DNA from: an uncultured Actinomycetes bacterium
GTDB taxonomy: Bacteria; Actinomycetota; Thermoleophilia; UBA2241
Reading direction: 5' to 3'
NCBI GenBank assembly: GCA_963709345.1
Contig: CAVPVX010000007.1
Location: 220,881 to 252,880, forward strand
Length of the DNA: 32,000 nt
In this document: positions 8,272 to 16,783 of the stretch, piece by piece
Layout: the number at the start of each line of letters is the position of its first letter
How positions within the stretch are numbered: the stretch's first letter is position 1
Made by a program: the position numbers and the translations under genes
The notes under the pieces: model-generated
What the model was told of the DNA's origin: nothing
Databases searched by the model: none
The model's input: the letters and a program-made list of their open reading frames with translations, nothing else

Positions 8272-9568
8272 TCAGGGAGCCTTCAGCGTGACGTCGCGCA
8301 CACCCCAGACCGACCAGTTCGGGTAGTTCCCGCGCGCGACGAAGCCGATCACGTTGCGGCTCTTGGCCTTCAACGCGGCCGCCGGGATCGTCACCTCACG
8401 GAACGGGCTCCACTTCTTGACGGCGCCCGCGGGTAGTCTGCCCATGTCCTGCCAGTTCACGACGAGGCGCACCTCGCTCGCCTGGACGTCGTAGAGCCTG
8501 AAGCGAAGGACGCGCTCACCCGCCTGGCCGGAGGTCTGGTAGAAGACCTCCTTCGGGTGCGTGCGGTCGGCGGCGCAGTACCCCAGTCGGGCCGCGTGCG
8601 GCAGATCGAGCGGCAGCGCCTTACGCTGCCGAGGGTTGACGCGAACGTTGCGCAGAGCGGTCCAGTCGGCCTTGTTGGTCGTCGCCCAGTCGTACATGCT
8701 GCCGCCCAGCGCGCCGTTCTCACGCAGGGCACGGACGTACGCCTTGGTCTCGGTGCCCGACGACTTGGCGGCGTCGCCGGCGATCACGTGGATGGGGATG
8801 GACGGCCGGCCGGTCTTCTCGCGGATGATGCGTATGTTGTCGCGCGTGTCGCGGTACGCATTGGCGTAGCCGTCGCCGTGGTACGTGTAGTACCCCATCG
8901 GCACGAAGACGTTGTAGATGCCGGCCAGCGTCTTGTACGGGAAGTTCGGCCAGTAGCCCGTGTGCATGGCCATGCCGGCCGGCGACGGGGTGATGGCTCC
9001 GAGCGTGTAGCTCGAGCCGACGGCCGCACGGATCCTCTTCGACAACGTCTTGAGCCGACTGTTGCGCACCTTCACGCTTCTTGACGATGCTCGCCTCGAT
9101 GTCGAGGGCGAACGAGTCGAACTTCTGCCCGTCGGACGTGCGGAAGCGGATCGCCGCCATGCTGCGCTTGTAGTCTTTGGCGACATCCTTGAAGCCCGGC
9201 AGATACCAGGCCACGACCTTGATGCCACGGGCGTGGCACTGCCGGATGAGCGCCGCGACCGCGTCACGCCGGAAGATCGTGTCGGCGTTCTCGGGCTTGT
9301 GGTAGTTCGCCGTCTCGAGATACAGGGTCCGGACGCCCTGCGCCTGCATGTGCTTGGCCGCGGCGGCCGGGTTGTCCAGCGCCTTGGCGTCGTACATGTC
9401 GACCCAGGTGCCGAGGCCACGGTAGGCGTTGATCGAGACTCCGGCGGCCGCCTGCGGCAGCGCTGCGGCCGCGAGCGCCGCGAGGAGCACGAGCGCCGCG
9501 AGCGAGACTGCGAGGCGGCGGCGTGGAGCCCGGCGCCCGGAGGATCCAAAGGAAGGAAGGACGATCAC
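8272..9568 (-). pseudogene. Secreted TIM-barrel glycoside-hydrolase-like protein with C-terminal beta-sandwich domain; reading frame broken once (frameshift or assembly indel)
   Basis: The N-terminal half is in the frame of track ORF 8720..9760: signal peptide RRLAVSLAALVLLAALAAAALPQAAAG, then ...WVDMYD...LYLETANY...FALDIEASIVKK. The C-terminal half is in the frame of ORF 8272..9549: VKVRNSRLKTLSKRIRAAVG...IHVIAGDAAKSS.... The frames switch at about nt 9067-9085. The start is uncertain (GTG 9568 or 9574). Confidence 0.6.
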
Positions 9569-9691
9569 GTACACACCCCCACGGTGGCTGTCGGTGCGAG
9601 CCCAAGTATACGACGTCGGCGGCCGAGACGCCTGCGGCGGCCGGCCCCGACCGTGGTACTGTGCACCGGACACCGTCGCGAAGGAGGTCCC

Positions 9692-10210
9692 GTGAGCATC
9701 GACTACGTCCTGCAGCAGCTCGGCGCCACCGAGGATATCCGCTACACCGAGCGCCACCACTGGGTCTTCTTCGTCGCCGAGATGATCCGCTGGATCCTGT
9801 TCGCGGTGGTCGTGCTCGCCCTCATCATCATGCTGCGGGTCTGGTGGCTTCCGGACGCCGGCTGGGTGTGGTGGCTGCTGCTGCTCTTCCTCGTGCCGGC
9901 CGGACGCATCGCCTGGGGATTCCTGTCGTGGCGCATGAACGTCTACGTGCTCACCAACCGGCGCGTGATCGAGTCGACGGGAGTGCTGAGCAAGCGCGTC
10001 TCCGACTCGTCACTCGAGAAGCTCACCGACATCGTCCTCAAGCAGTCGATCCTCGGCCGCATGCTGGGCTACGGGGACATCGTCGTCCTCACGGCGGCGG
10101 CCGGCGCAGGCGTCAACCACCTCAAGCAGATCCGTAAGCCCATGGAGTTCAAGACCCAGATGCTCGACGCCAAGGAAGAACTCGAGCGCGAAGTCGGCCG
10201 CAGCGACTGA
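9692..10210 (+). CDS. Membrane protein with bacterial PH domain (bPH_2, YdbS/YdbT-like)
   Basis: GTG at 9692 is preceded by AAGGAGG (9681-9687). Two TM helices are followed by YVLTNRRVIESTGVLSKRVSDSSLEKLTDIVLKQSILGRMLGYGDIVV, the bPH_2 signature. The upstream part of the track ORF (9050..) is antisense to the neighbouring gene. Confidence 0.8.
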   Translation: MSIDYVLQQLGATEDIRYTERHHWVFFVAEMIRWILFAVVVLALIIMLRVWWLPDAGWVWWLLLLFLVPAGRIAWGFLSWRMNVYVLTNRRVIESTGVLSKRVSDSSLEKLTDIVLKQSILGRMLGYGDIVVLTAAAGAGVNHLKQIRKPMEFKTQMLDAKEELEREVGRSD

Positions 10211-10378
10211 CGCCGCGGCCGCCGGACGTCTGCTGTCGCGTGCGCGACGAGTTCGGCCGCGCACATCGAGGAGTACGTCGCCGGGCACTGACCGCCGCTG
10301 TCGGCCGGCGCGACGCGGCCCGCGCGGAGCAGGTCCGTCAGCACCGGGGCCGGTCCGCACGACGCACCCTGCCGGGGC

Positions 10379-10798
10379 TCAGGCTCCGAGAAGCCGATCG
10401 AAGGCGAAGAGCGCAGCGGCGACGGCCTCACGATCGATCGTGTAGAAGGTCCACTTGCCGCGCACCTCGGCGCGCATCAGGCCGGCGTCGCGCAACACCT
10501 TCAGGTGATACGACACCTTGGATTGCGCCAAGCCGAACTGCTCCTGGAACTCGCAGACGCAGATGCCCCGAGGCTGCCCGGCTCCCGGAACGCCGCGAGA
10601 CGCGGGGTCGGGCAGCTCGCAGCAGCTTCTCCCCTGTTCAACGACGTCGAGCATCTCGAGCCGGATCGGATCGGAGAGCGCCTTCGCCACGAGGGCCAGC
10701 CGCGCCAGGTCGCGCTGGCCGAATCGCGCGCGGCACGACGACGGAGGGTCGCTCGTCCGCCCGTGTCGCGCGTCCCTGATCCCCGCCTGAGCACTCAT
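10379..10798 (-). CDS. arsR: ArsR/SmtB-family metalloregulator with CVC motif and an extra Cys-containing insertion
   Basis: ALSDPIRLEMLDVV...ICVCEFQEQFGLAQSKVSYHLKVLRDAGLM is a wHTH of ArsR type. It is divergent from arsM. TACGAT lies 8 nt upstream of the ATG with no RBS. Confidence 0.85.
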   Translation of the reverse strand: MSAQAGIRDARHGRTSDPPSSCRARFGQRDLARLALVAKALSDPIRLEMLDVVEQGRSCCELPDPASRGVPGAGQPRGICVCEFQEQFGLAQSKVSYHLKVLRDAGLMRAEVRGKWTFYTIDREAVAAALFAFDRLLGA

Positions 10799-10834
10799 GG
10801 CCGCGATCGTACCACAGCTTTTCTTGATTTGGGG

Positions 10835-10862
10835 TTGACCGCAGTCCCTGCCGCCGTATGAT
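10835..10862 (+). promoter_or_regulatory. Sigma-70-type promoter for arsM (TTGACC - 16 nt - TATGAT)
   Basis: TTGACC at 10835-10840 and TATGAT at 10857-10862, about 40 nt upstream of the arsM ATG, within an AT-enriched divergent intergenic region. Confidence 0.5.
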
Positions 10863-10902
10863 AGTAACGAAACAAGTTGATTTGACGAAGCGAGAGGACG
10901 AC

Positions 10903-11754
10903 ATGAGCGAACGACCGGCCGAGGGCCTCAAGGATCAGATCCGCAACCACTACGCGGAGCGCGCCGTCGCGGCTGCGCAGCCACAGCCGTGCGGGTGCGG
11001 CTGCAGCTGCGGCCCCGCCGCCGTCGAGCCGCGGGAGGATATCGCGCGGGGACTCTACGCGATCGACGAGACCAGCGCGCTGCCGGCCGAGGCGGTCCTC
11101 GCCAGCCTCGGCTGTGGCAACCCGACGTCGCTCGCCGACCTGCAGCCCGGCGACGTCGTCCTCGACCTCGGCAGCGGCGGCGGCATCGACGTGTTGCTCT
11201 CGGCCCGGCGCGTCGGCCCCACCGGCAAGGCCTACGGGCTCGACATGACCGACGAGATGCTCGCGTTGGCTCGTGAGAACCGGCGCAAGGCCGGCGTGGA
11301 CAACGTCGAGTTCCTCAGGGGCGACATCGAGAACATCCCGCTCCCCGATGCTTCGGTCGACGTCATCATCAGCAACTGCGTCATCAACCTCTCGCTCGAC
11401 AAAGACCGGGTGTTGGCCGAAGCCTTTCGGGTTCTCAAGCCCGGCGGGCGCTTCGCGGTCAGCGACATCCTCTTCCAGGGCGACGTAGGCAGGATCCCAC
11501 AGAGTCTGCTCGACGATACGGAAGCGTGGGCCGGATGTGTCGCCGGCGCGCTCGAGGAAGAGGACTTCCTGGCGCGCCTCGGCACGGCGGGGTTCGTCGA
11601 CGCCGGCGTCGAGGTCACCGCCATCTACGACGGCTCACCTGACAACAGCGTCTGCGGCGCGCCGGCGCTCCCGGACGGCGTCCGGCTGATCAGCGGCTTC
11701 GTGCGCGCCGTGAAGCCGAGCGCCGGCGGCTGCTGCGGCGGCTGCTGCTGCTGA
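10903..11754 (+). CDS. arsM: Arsenite S-adenosylmethionine methyltransferase
   Basis: SAM-binding [12 protein letters not shown], ArsM-typical LGCGNP and SNCVINL motifs, and Cys-rich N-terminal (CGCGCSCG) and C-terminal (CCGGCCC) segments. ATG at 10903 follows GAGAGGA. Confidence 0.9.
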   Translation: MSERPAEGLKDQIRNHYAERAVAAAQPQPCGCGCSCGPAAVEPREDIARGLYAIDETSALPAEAVLASLGCGNPTSLADLQPGDVVLDLGSGGGIDVLLSARRVGPTGKAYGLDMTDEMLALARENRRKAGVDNVEFLRGDIENIPLPDASVDVIISNCVINLSLDKDRVLAEAFRVLKPGGRFAVSDILFQGDVGRIPQSLLDDTEAWAGCVAGALEEEDFLARLGTAGFVDAGVEVTAIYDGSPDNSVCGAPALPDGVRLISGFVRAVKPSAGGCCGGCCC

Positions 11755-11796
11755 AGCGGCGCGCGACACCCGGCCACACGCAATCGGACGTCCACC

Positions 11797-12996
11797 TCAG
11801 AGAACGAGGTTGAACAGCAGGCCGACGAACATGATGCCGACCCCGACGACGCCCAGGAACGTGGCGATGAGCGGCCACTTCAGAACCTTGCGCAGGATGA
11901 TCGTCTCGGGCAGCGAGAGCGCGATGACCGCCATCATGAAGGCCAGGACGGTGCCCAGAGCGGCGCCTTTCTCGAGCAGCGCCTGGACGATCGGGATGAT
12001 GCCCGCGGCGTTGGAGTACATGGGGATGCCGAAAAGGACCGCCGCCGGCACGCTCCACCAGGCGTCGGCTCCCATGATCCCGGCCATGAAGTTCTCAGGC
12101 ACGTAGCCGTGGATGACGGCGCCGACGGCGATGCCGGCGAGCACGTACGGCCACACCTTGCCGACGATGTCCTTCACCGACTGCCATGCGTAGGCAATGC
12201 GCCCCGACCAGTCGAGCTCCTCGCCGTCCTCGGCATCGCCCATGCGGATCTCGCGCACCCAATCCTCAACGTAGCGATCCATCTTGAGCCGGCCGATGAT
12301 CCAGCCCGCAACGATTGCGATGAGCAGGCCCGTGACGAGATACAGGCCGGCCACCTCCCAGCCGAACAGGCCGTAGAGCAGCACCAGCGCGACCTCGTTG
12401 ACCATCGGCGCGGCGATCAGGAATGAGAAGGTGACGCCCAGCGGGATGCCCGCCTCGACGAAGCCGATGAACAACGGCACGGCGGAGCAACTGCAGAACG
12501 GGGTCACCGTACCGAGGCCCGCGGCCATCACGTTCCCCGTGGTCTCCCGACGGCCGTGGAGCAGGGCGCGGGTCCGCTGCGGGCTGAAGAACGTGCGCAC
12601 GATCCCGACGCCGAAGACGACGATGGTCAGCAGCATCAGCACCTTGACGGTGTCGTAGATGAAGAACTCGAGCGAAGACCCGAAGCGACCGTCGCCCAGA
12701 TCGAGGAGGCCCTGCGTGAGCCACGTGGCGATCGGCAGCCAGTAGTGGTACGAGACCGCCCACGCGCCGACGCCGAGCACGACCCTCGTCCACAGCGGGA
12801 GACGCAGCCAGAGACGCACGAGCACCTTGTGCGGCGCGCGGCTGGGCGGCGCGCCGGGAGCCGGGGATGGAGTGGCCTCCGGCTCCGCGACGAAGGCGGC
12901 CGGCGGGGTGCCGCACTCACACATGGGCACGACGCGCTGCGCCTCCGGGTCCTCCTCGGCCGCGGAAGGCACAGCGTCGATCGTCTGCCGGGTCAT
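11797..12996 (-). CDS. arsP: ArsP-like permease (predicted permease family, formerly DUF318/UPF0718) with TPFCSCS vicinal-cysteine motif
   Basis: Polytopic membrane protein with GTVTPFCSCSAVPLFIGF, the C-x-C motif described for the organoarsenical efflux permease ArsP. The RBS lies inside the 3' end of the upstream phosphoesterase gene (7-nt gap), so the two form an operon. Confidence 0.7.
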   Translation of the reverse strand: MTRQTIDAVPSAAEEDPEAQRVVPMCECGTPPAAFVAEPEATPSPAPGAPPSRAPHKVLVRLWLRLPLWTRVVLGVGAWAVSYHYWLPIATWLTQGLLDLGDGRFGSSLEFFIYDTVKVLMLLTIVVFGVGIVRTFFSPQRTRALLHGRRETTGNVMAAGLGTVTPFCSCSAVPLFIGFVEAGIPLGVTFSFLIAAPMVNEVALVLLYGLFGWEVAGLYLVTGLLIAIVAGWIIGRLKMDRYVEDWVREIRMGDAEDGEELDWSGRIAYAWQSVKDIVGKVWPYVLAGIAVGAVIHGYVPENFMAGIMGADAWWSVPAAVLFGIPMYSNAAGIIPIVQALLEKGAALGTVLAFMMAVIALSLPETIILRKVLKWPLIATFLGVVGVGIMFVGLLFNLVL

Positions 12997-13003
12997 GAGC
13001 GAT

Positions 13004-13753
13004 TCATCCTTCCCGAGCGTCCGCCGGCGCGGCGAAGCTGGTGATCAGTGGTGTCTGCGCAAGCCCGTCCAGGAGACGATCGTAGTCGTAGGGGACGCGC
13101 ACGAACTCGACGAGGCCCTCACCTGCGCCGAGCCCGGCCGGATCGACGATCGCGTAGCACGCCCGCCAGTCGCCATCCTTGGGCCGCCCCCCGCTCCCCA
13201 CGTTCACGAACGTCGTGTCGCCGACTCGCCGCGCGTAGGGCAGGTGCGTGTGTCCGAAGAGGATGGCCGGATACGGGTACTCGCGCGCCATGCGCTCCAT
13301 CGCCGAAGCGGGTCTGTCCTCGAACAGGTACTCGTTGATGCGTCGCGGGCTGCCGTGCACGGCGAGGATGTCACCGCCGGGCGTGACAAGCGTGAAGTGA
13401 TCGTCGAGCGTGCGCAGATATGACTTGACCTCGTCGGACACGGCCGTCTGGGTCCAGGCGAGCGACGCGGCGCCCTCGGCGCGCTGCTCGTCGGTCTTGT
13501 AGACGCAGCCGCAGTCGCCGGTCTCGAAGCCGATGCCTTGGTCGTAGTTGCCCATGAGGCTGGGTATGCCGCGGTCGCGCACGAGCAGAGCGACCTCGTT
13601 CGGCCAGGGCCCGTAGCCGACCAGGTCGCCGAGAGAGAGCGCCAGACCCAGGTGGCGGGCCTCGACGTCCGCCAGGATCGCCTCGAGGCCCGGCAGATTG
13701 CCGTGCACGTCGGCGAACACCGCAAACGGCTCGGCGGTCCGGATGGTCTTCAC
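13004..13753 (-). CDS. Metallophosphoesterase (calcineurin-like, YfcE/MJ0936-type)
   Basis: Motifs FADVHGN, GDLVGYG, GNYD, FGHTH. I chose the GTG at 13753 (VKTIRTAEPFAV...) because GGGAGGAG lies 7 nt upstream; the track ATG at 13804 has no RBS. Confidence 0.8.
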   Translation of the reverse strand: MKTIRTAEPFAVFADVHGNLPGLEAILADVEARHLGLALSLGDLVGYGPWPNEVALLVRDRGIPSLMGNYDQGIGFETGDCGCVYKTDEQRAEGAASLAWTQTAVSDEVKSYLRTLDDHFTLVTPGGDILAVHGSPRRINEYLFEDRPASAMERMAREYPYPAILFGHTHLPYARRVGDTTFVNVGSGGRPKDGDWRACYAIVDPAGLGAGEGLVEFVRVPYDYDRLLDGLAQTPLITSFAAPADAREG

Positions 13754-13812
13754 GCGGTGGCTCCTCCCTGAGGTTCTGGTCACGGGCGACGGCATGTCAT
13801 ACAATTTATATC

Positions 13813-13849
13813 AACGTATCTTGACCATAAACGATTGTCAATGTACGGT
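13813..13849. promoter_or_regulatory. Interlocked divergent promoters and probable ArsR operator between the phosphoesterase/arsP operon and the acr3 operon
   Basis: Plus strand: TTGACC (13821-13826), 17 nt, TACGGT (13844-13849). Minus strand: TTGACA (13841-13836), 17 nt, TACGTT (13818-13813). The two -35 boxes form the inverted repeat TTGAC-N11-GTCAA. The site is embedded in an AT-rich patch at 13793-13847. Confidence 0.45.
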
Positions 13850-13890
13850 GCGCCACGTCAGCCCACGCCGGCGCCAAGGAGACGACCTCG

Positions 13891-15006
13891 ATGCCCCGGA
13901 GCACTATCAAGCGACTCTCGTTCCTCGACCGGTACCTCACCGGCTGGATCTTCCTCGCCATGGCCGTGGGCGTGTTCCTCGGCTGGGCCTTCACCGGTGT
14001 GCCCGACTTCATCAACCAGTTCAACGTCGGCACGACGAACATCCCCATCGCCATCGGGCTCATCGTGATGATGTATCCGCCACTCGCCAAGGTGAAGTAC
14101 GAGGAGCTCGGCGACGTCTTCCGCGACTACAGGATCCTGGGCCTCTCTCTGGTGCAGAACTGGCTCATCGGCCCGTTCCTGATGTTCTTCCTCGCCATCA
14201 TCTTCCTGAGCGACTACCCCGAGTACATGGTAGGGCTCATCATGATCGGCCTGGCGCGCTGCATCGCCATGGTCATCGTCTGGAACCAGCTCGCCAGGGG
14301 CGACGCCGAGTACGCCGCCGGGCTGGTCGCCTTCAACAGCGTCTTCCAGGTGCTCTTCTACAGCCTCTTCGCCTGGATCTTCGTCACCAAGCTGCCGCCG
14401 CTCTTCGGCCTCGAGGGCGTCGCCGTCGACATCACCATCGGCCAGATCGCCGAGAGCGTCGCCATCTACCTCGGCATCCCGTTCGTCGCCGGGATGATCA
14501 GCCGGTATGTCGGCATCAAGACGAAGGGTCGTGAGTGGTACGAGCAGAAGTTCATCCCGCGCATCAGCCCGCTCACACTCATCGCCCTGCTGTTCACCAT
14601 CCTCGTCATGTTCAGCCTCAAGGGCGACCTCATCGTGGAGCTGCCTCTCGACGTCGTGCGCATCGCCGTGCCGCTGCTCATCTACTTCGTCGTCATGTTC
14701 TTCGTGAGCTTCTTCATGGGCCGCAAGATCGGCGCCGACTACTCCAAGACCGCGACCCTGTCCTTCACCGCCGCCAGCAACAACTTCGAGCTGGCGATCG
14801 CCGTGAGCGTGGCCGTGTTCGGGATCGGCTCGGGCGTCGCCTTCGCCGCGGTCATCGGGCCGCTCGTGGAAGTCCCAGTCCTGATCGGCCTCGTCAACGT
14901 GTCCCTGTGGCTGGGACGCAAGTACTGGGGCGTGACCGACGAACCCGTGCCGGAGGCCGTGGCCGCCGGCGTCGACGAGGTCGCCTGCGACCCCCGGAGG
15001 AGCTGA
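13891..15006 (+). CDS. acr3: Arsenite efflux transporter, ACR3 family
   Basis: [20 protein letters not shown]...[21 protein letters not shown]...LIGPFLMF... is a full-length ACR3 signature. AAGGAG lies 9 nt upstream of the ATG. Confidence 0.92.
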   Translation: MPRSTIKRLSFLDRYLTGWIFLAMAVGVFLGWAFTGVPDFINQFNVGTTNIPIAIGLIVMMYPPLAKVKYEELGDVFRDYRILGLSLVQNWLIGPFLMFFLAIIFLSDYPEYMVGLIMIGLARCIAMVIVWNQLARGDAEYAAGLVAFNSVFQVLFYSLFAWIFVTKLPPLFGLEGVAVDITIGQIAESVAIYLGIPFVAGMISRYVGIKTKGREWYEQKFIPRISPLTLIALLFTILVMFSLKGDLIVELPLDVVRIAVPLLIYFVVMFFVSFFMGRKIGADYSKTATLSFTAASNNFELAIAVSVAVFGIGSGVAFAAVIGPLVEVPVLIGLVNVSLWLGRKYWGVTDEPVPEAVAAGVDEVACDPRRS

Positions 15007-15007
15007 T

Positions 15008-15394
15008 ATGGACATCGCCAAGGACTCGCCGGACGCCGGGAGCATCACCGCCTTCGTCCCGTTCTTCAAGGCGATCGCCAACCCGACGCGCGCCCAGATC
15101 ATCGAGTTCCTGCTGCGTGGCGAGCGCTGCGTCTGCGAGATGACCGGCCCGCTCGACCTCAGCCAGCCTCTCGTCTCGCACCACCTGGCGCTGCTTCGCG
15201 ACGCCGGGCTGGTGCGCATGCGCAGCGAGGGCGCGCGCACCTACTACTCGCTCGAGTGGGAGACGTTTGACGAGGGTCTCAAGGCCTTTGTCGGCCACGT
15301 CGAACAGCTCCACGCCGCCCCACCGATCCCCAGCAACGCCGATGAGGCGTGCGCAGCCGCCGCGAAGAAGCCGGCGCGCCGCAACGCCTCGTGA
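15008..15394 (+). CDS. arsR: ArsR/SmtB-family regulator (second copy) with CVC motif
   Basis: FKAIANPTRAQIIEFLLRGERCVCEMTGPLDLSQPLVSHHLALLRDAGLV. It starts 1 nt after the acr3 stop. Confidence 0.88.
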   Translation: MDIAKDSPDAGSITAFVPFFKAIANPTRAQIIEFLLRGERCVCEMTGPLDLSQPLVSHHLALLRDAGLVRMRSEGARTYYSLEWETFDEGLKAFVGHVEQLHAAPPIPSNADEACAAAAKKPARRNAS

Positions 15395-15430
15395 CCCGCG
15401 ACGACTGACAGTCGAACGAAGGAGATACCC

Positions 15431-15685
15431 GTGAAGCTCGAGATCCTCGGTTCCGGTTGCGCCAACTGCCAGAAGCTGATGGCGCTGACCGAAGAGGTCG
15501 TGCGCGAGCTCGGCGTCGCCGACGCCGAGCTCGTCAAGGTGGAGGACTTCCCCACCATCATGGCCTACGGCGTGATGGCGACACCCGCTCTGGCCATCGA
15601 CGGCAAGCTCGTCATGAGCGGCAAGGTGCCGTCGAAGGCCGAGGTCACCGGGCTGGTCACCACGGCCCTGGCGGCACAGGGATGA
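15431..15685 (+). CDS. Small thioredoxin-fold protein (redox-active disulfide protein 2 type, CxxC = CANC)
   Basis: 84 aa: MKLEILGSGCANCQKL...ATPALAIDGKLVMSGKVPS. GTG start preceded by GAAGGAG. This family is commonly paired with ArsP-like permeases under ArsR control. Confidence 0.8.
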   Translation: MKLEILGSGCANCQKLMALTEEVVRELGVADAELVKVEDFPTIMAYGVMATPALAIDGKLVMSGKVPSKAEVTGLVTTALAAQG

Positions 15686-16059
15686 CGAGAGCGCGGCGCA
15701 CGCGCGGCCGGCGCGCCGGAGTCACGTTCGTTGAGCTCGGCTCGGACAAGTGCATCCCCTGCAGGGAGATGCGCCCCGTCATGGACGCCGTCCAGGCCAC
15801 CTTCGGCGAACAGGTCGAGATCGTCTTCCACGACGTCCGGGAGGATTCCACGCCGGCAGAGGAGTACGGGATCCAGATGATCCCGACCAGGTCTTTCTGG
15901 ACGAGAGCGGCGAAGACCCGGATCGCGCGCTGGGTCCGCCGTGCGTGCGGGACTCTCGCCTTCCTCGCGGGAGTCTATCTCCTGCTTTCAGAGGAGCGCG
16001 AGCCGGCGGCGCTCCCCCCGCCCCCGCTGCCGTTGTCGTCACCGGCGACAACGCTTTAG
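15682..16059 (+). pseudogene. Thioredoxin-family protein (CIPC active site), C-terminal third out of frame or decayed
   Basis: The ATG at 15682 overlaps the preceding stop (ATGA). VTFVELGSDKCIPCREMRPVMDAVQATFGEQVEIVFHDVREDSTPAEEYGIQMIPT is a normal thioredoxin fold. The expected continuation QVFLDESGE is in another frame from about nt 15888, and no single frame restores a thioredoxin C-terminus. Confidence 0.5.
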
Positions 16060-16189
16060 CTTTCCCTCTCCGCGCCCGATACAGGTTGCGGACGCACGAC
16101 CTAGACGAACCACCCAGTCGGGGGTCGCGCGTCCGCGGGCAGAGTAGGTCTGACGGCGGGCAGTCGTCAGCCGACCGGGGAGAGAGCAG

Positions 16190-16783
16190 ATGCGCAGCAG
16201 ACGGGCAGACCAGCACGGTTTCGCGTTCATCGAGCTTCTCGTCGTGATCATCATCATCGGCATCCTCGCAGCCATCGCCATCCCCATGTACATCGGCGAG
16301 CGCGACAAGGCCAAGGAAGTCTCGCTCAAGGCCAGCAGCCACATCGTGGCGGTCGAGGTCGCCACCTGCCACACGAACAGCAGCCTCAGCAACATCTACC
16401 TCGCCAGCGGCGGGTCACCCACCAAGGCAGCGTACATCGCACGAGCGAAGACGAACGTGAGCAACGCGCTTGAGGCCGCGCTCGAGAACGGCGTTCAGAG
16501 CAGCAATGGGGACAGCATCGTCAATCCCTACTCGCACAAGAAGGCGATCCTCAACTCGGCATCCATACCCTCAGCGGCGAACGCCGGGGCCGCGGTATGG
16601 ATCACGGGCCAGAAGAGCACAGGCACATACTGCTACAACAGATTCCCGACCAACAGCACGACGAAGGCCAGGCTGGCGGGCAGCGTCGTCGCCTGCGTGA
16701 ACAGCGGAACCAGCAACATCGAGATCTTCTTCGTCGACAAGAACGGCAGGAAGTCCGCCGCCTGCACCTACATCAGATTCTGA
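16190..16783 (+). CDS. Type IV pilin / pseudopilin-like protein with prepilin-type N-terminal cleavage-methylation signal
   Basis: MRSRRADQHG|FAFIELLVVIIIIGILAAIAIP: Gly at -1, Glu at +5 and a hydrophobic alpha1-N helix. C-terminal Cys residues suggest a possible disulfide loop. GGGGAGAGAG precedes the ATG. Confidence 0.8.
   Translation: MRSRRADQHGFAFIELLVVIIIIGILAAIAIPMYIGERDKAKEVSLKASSHIVAVEVATCHTNSSLSNIYLASGGSPTKAAYIARAKTNVSNALEAALENGVQSSNGDSIVNPYSHKKAILNSASIPSAANAGAAVWITGQKSTGTYCYNRFPTNSTTKARLAGSVVACVNSGTSNIEIFFVDKNGRKSAACTYIRF

Noticed and set aside
10211-10378. Short coding-looking fragments (for example ...AAHIEEYVAGH* ending at 10291) between the PH-domain gene and arsR, considered as a remnant of arsC or thioredoxin reductase.
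   Set aside because: The in-frame stretch is under 30 codons, begins at the previous gene's stop, and has no recognisable motif.
13793-13804. ATG at 13804 (MYDMPSPVTRTSG...) as the start of the metallophosphoesterase.
   Set aside because: It would place the start codon inside the AT-rich promoter/operator region with no RBS. The GTG at 13753 has a GGGAGGAG RBS and yields the usual short N-terminus before the FADVHGN motif.
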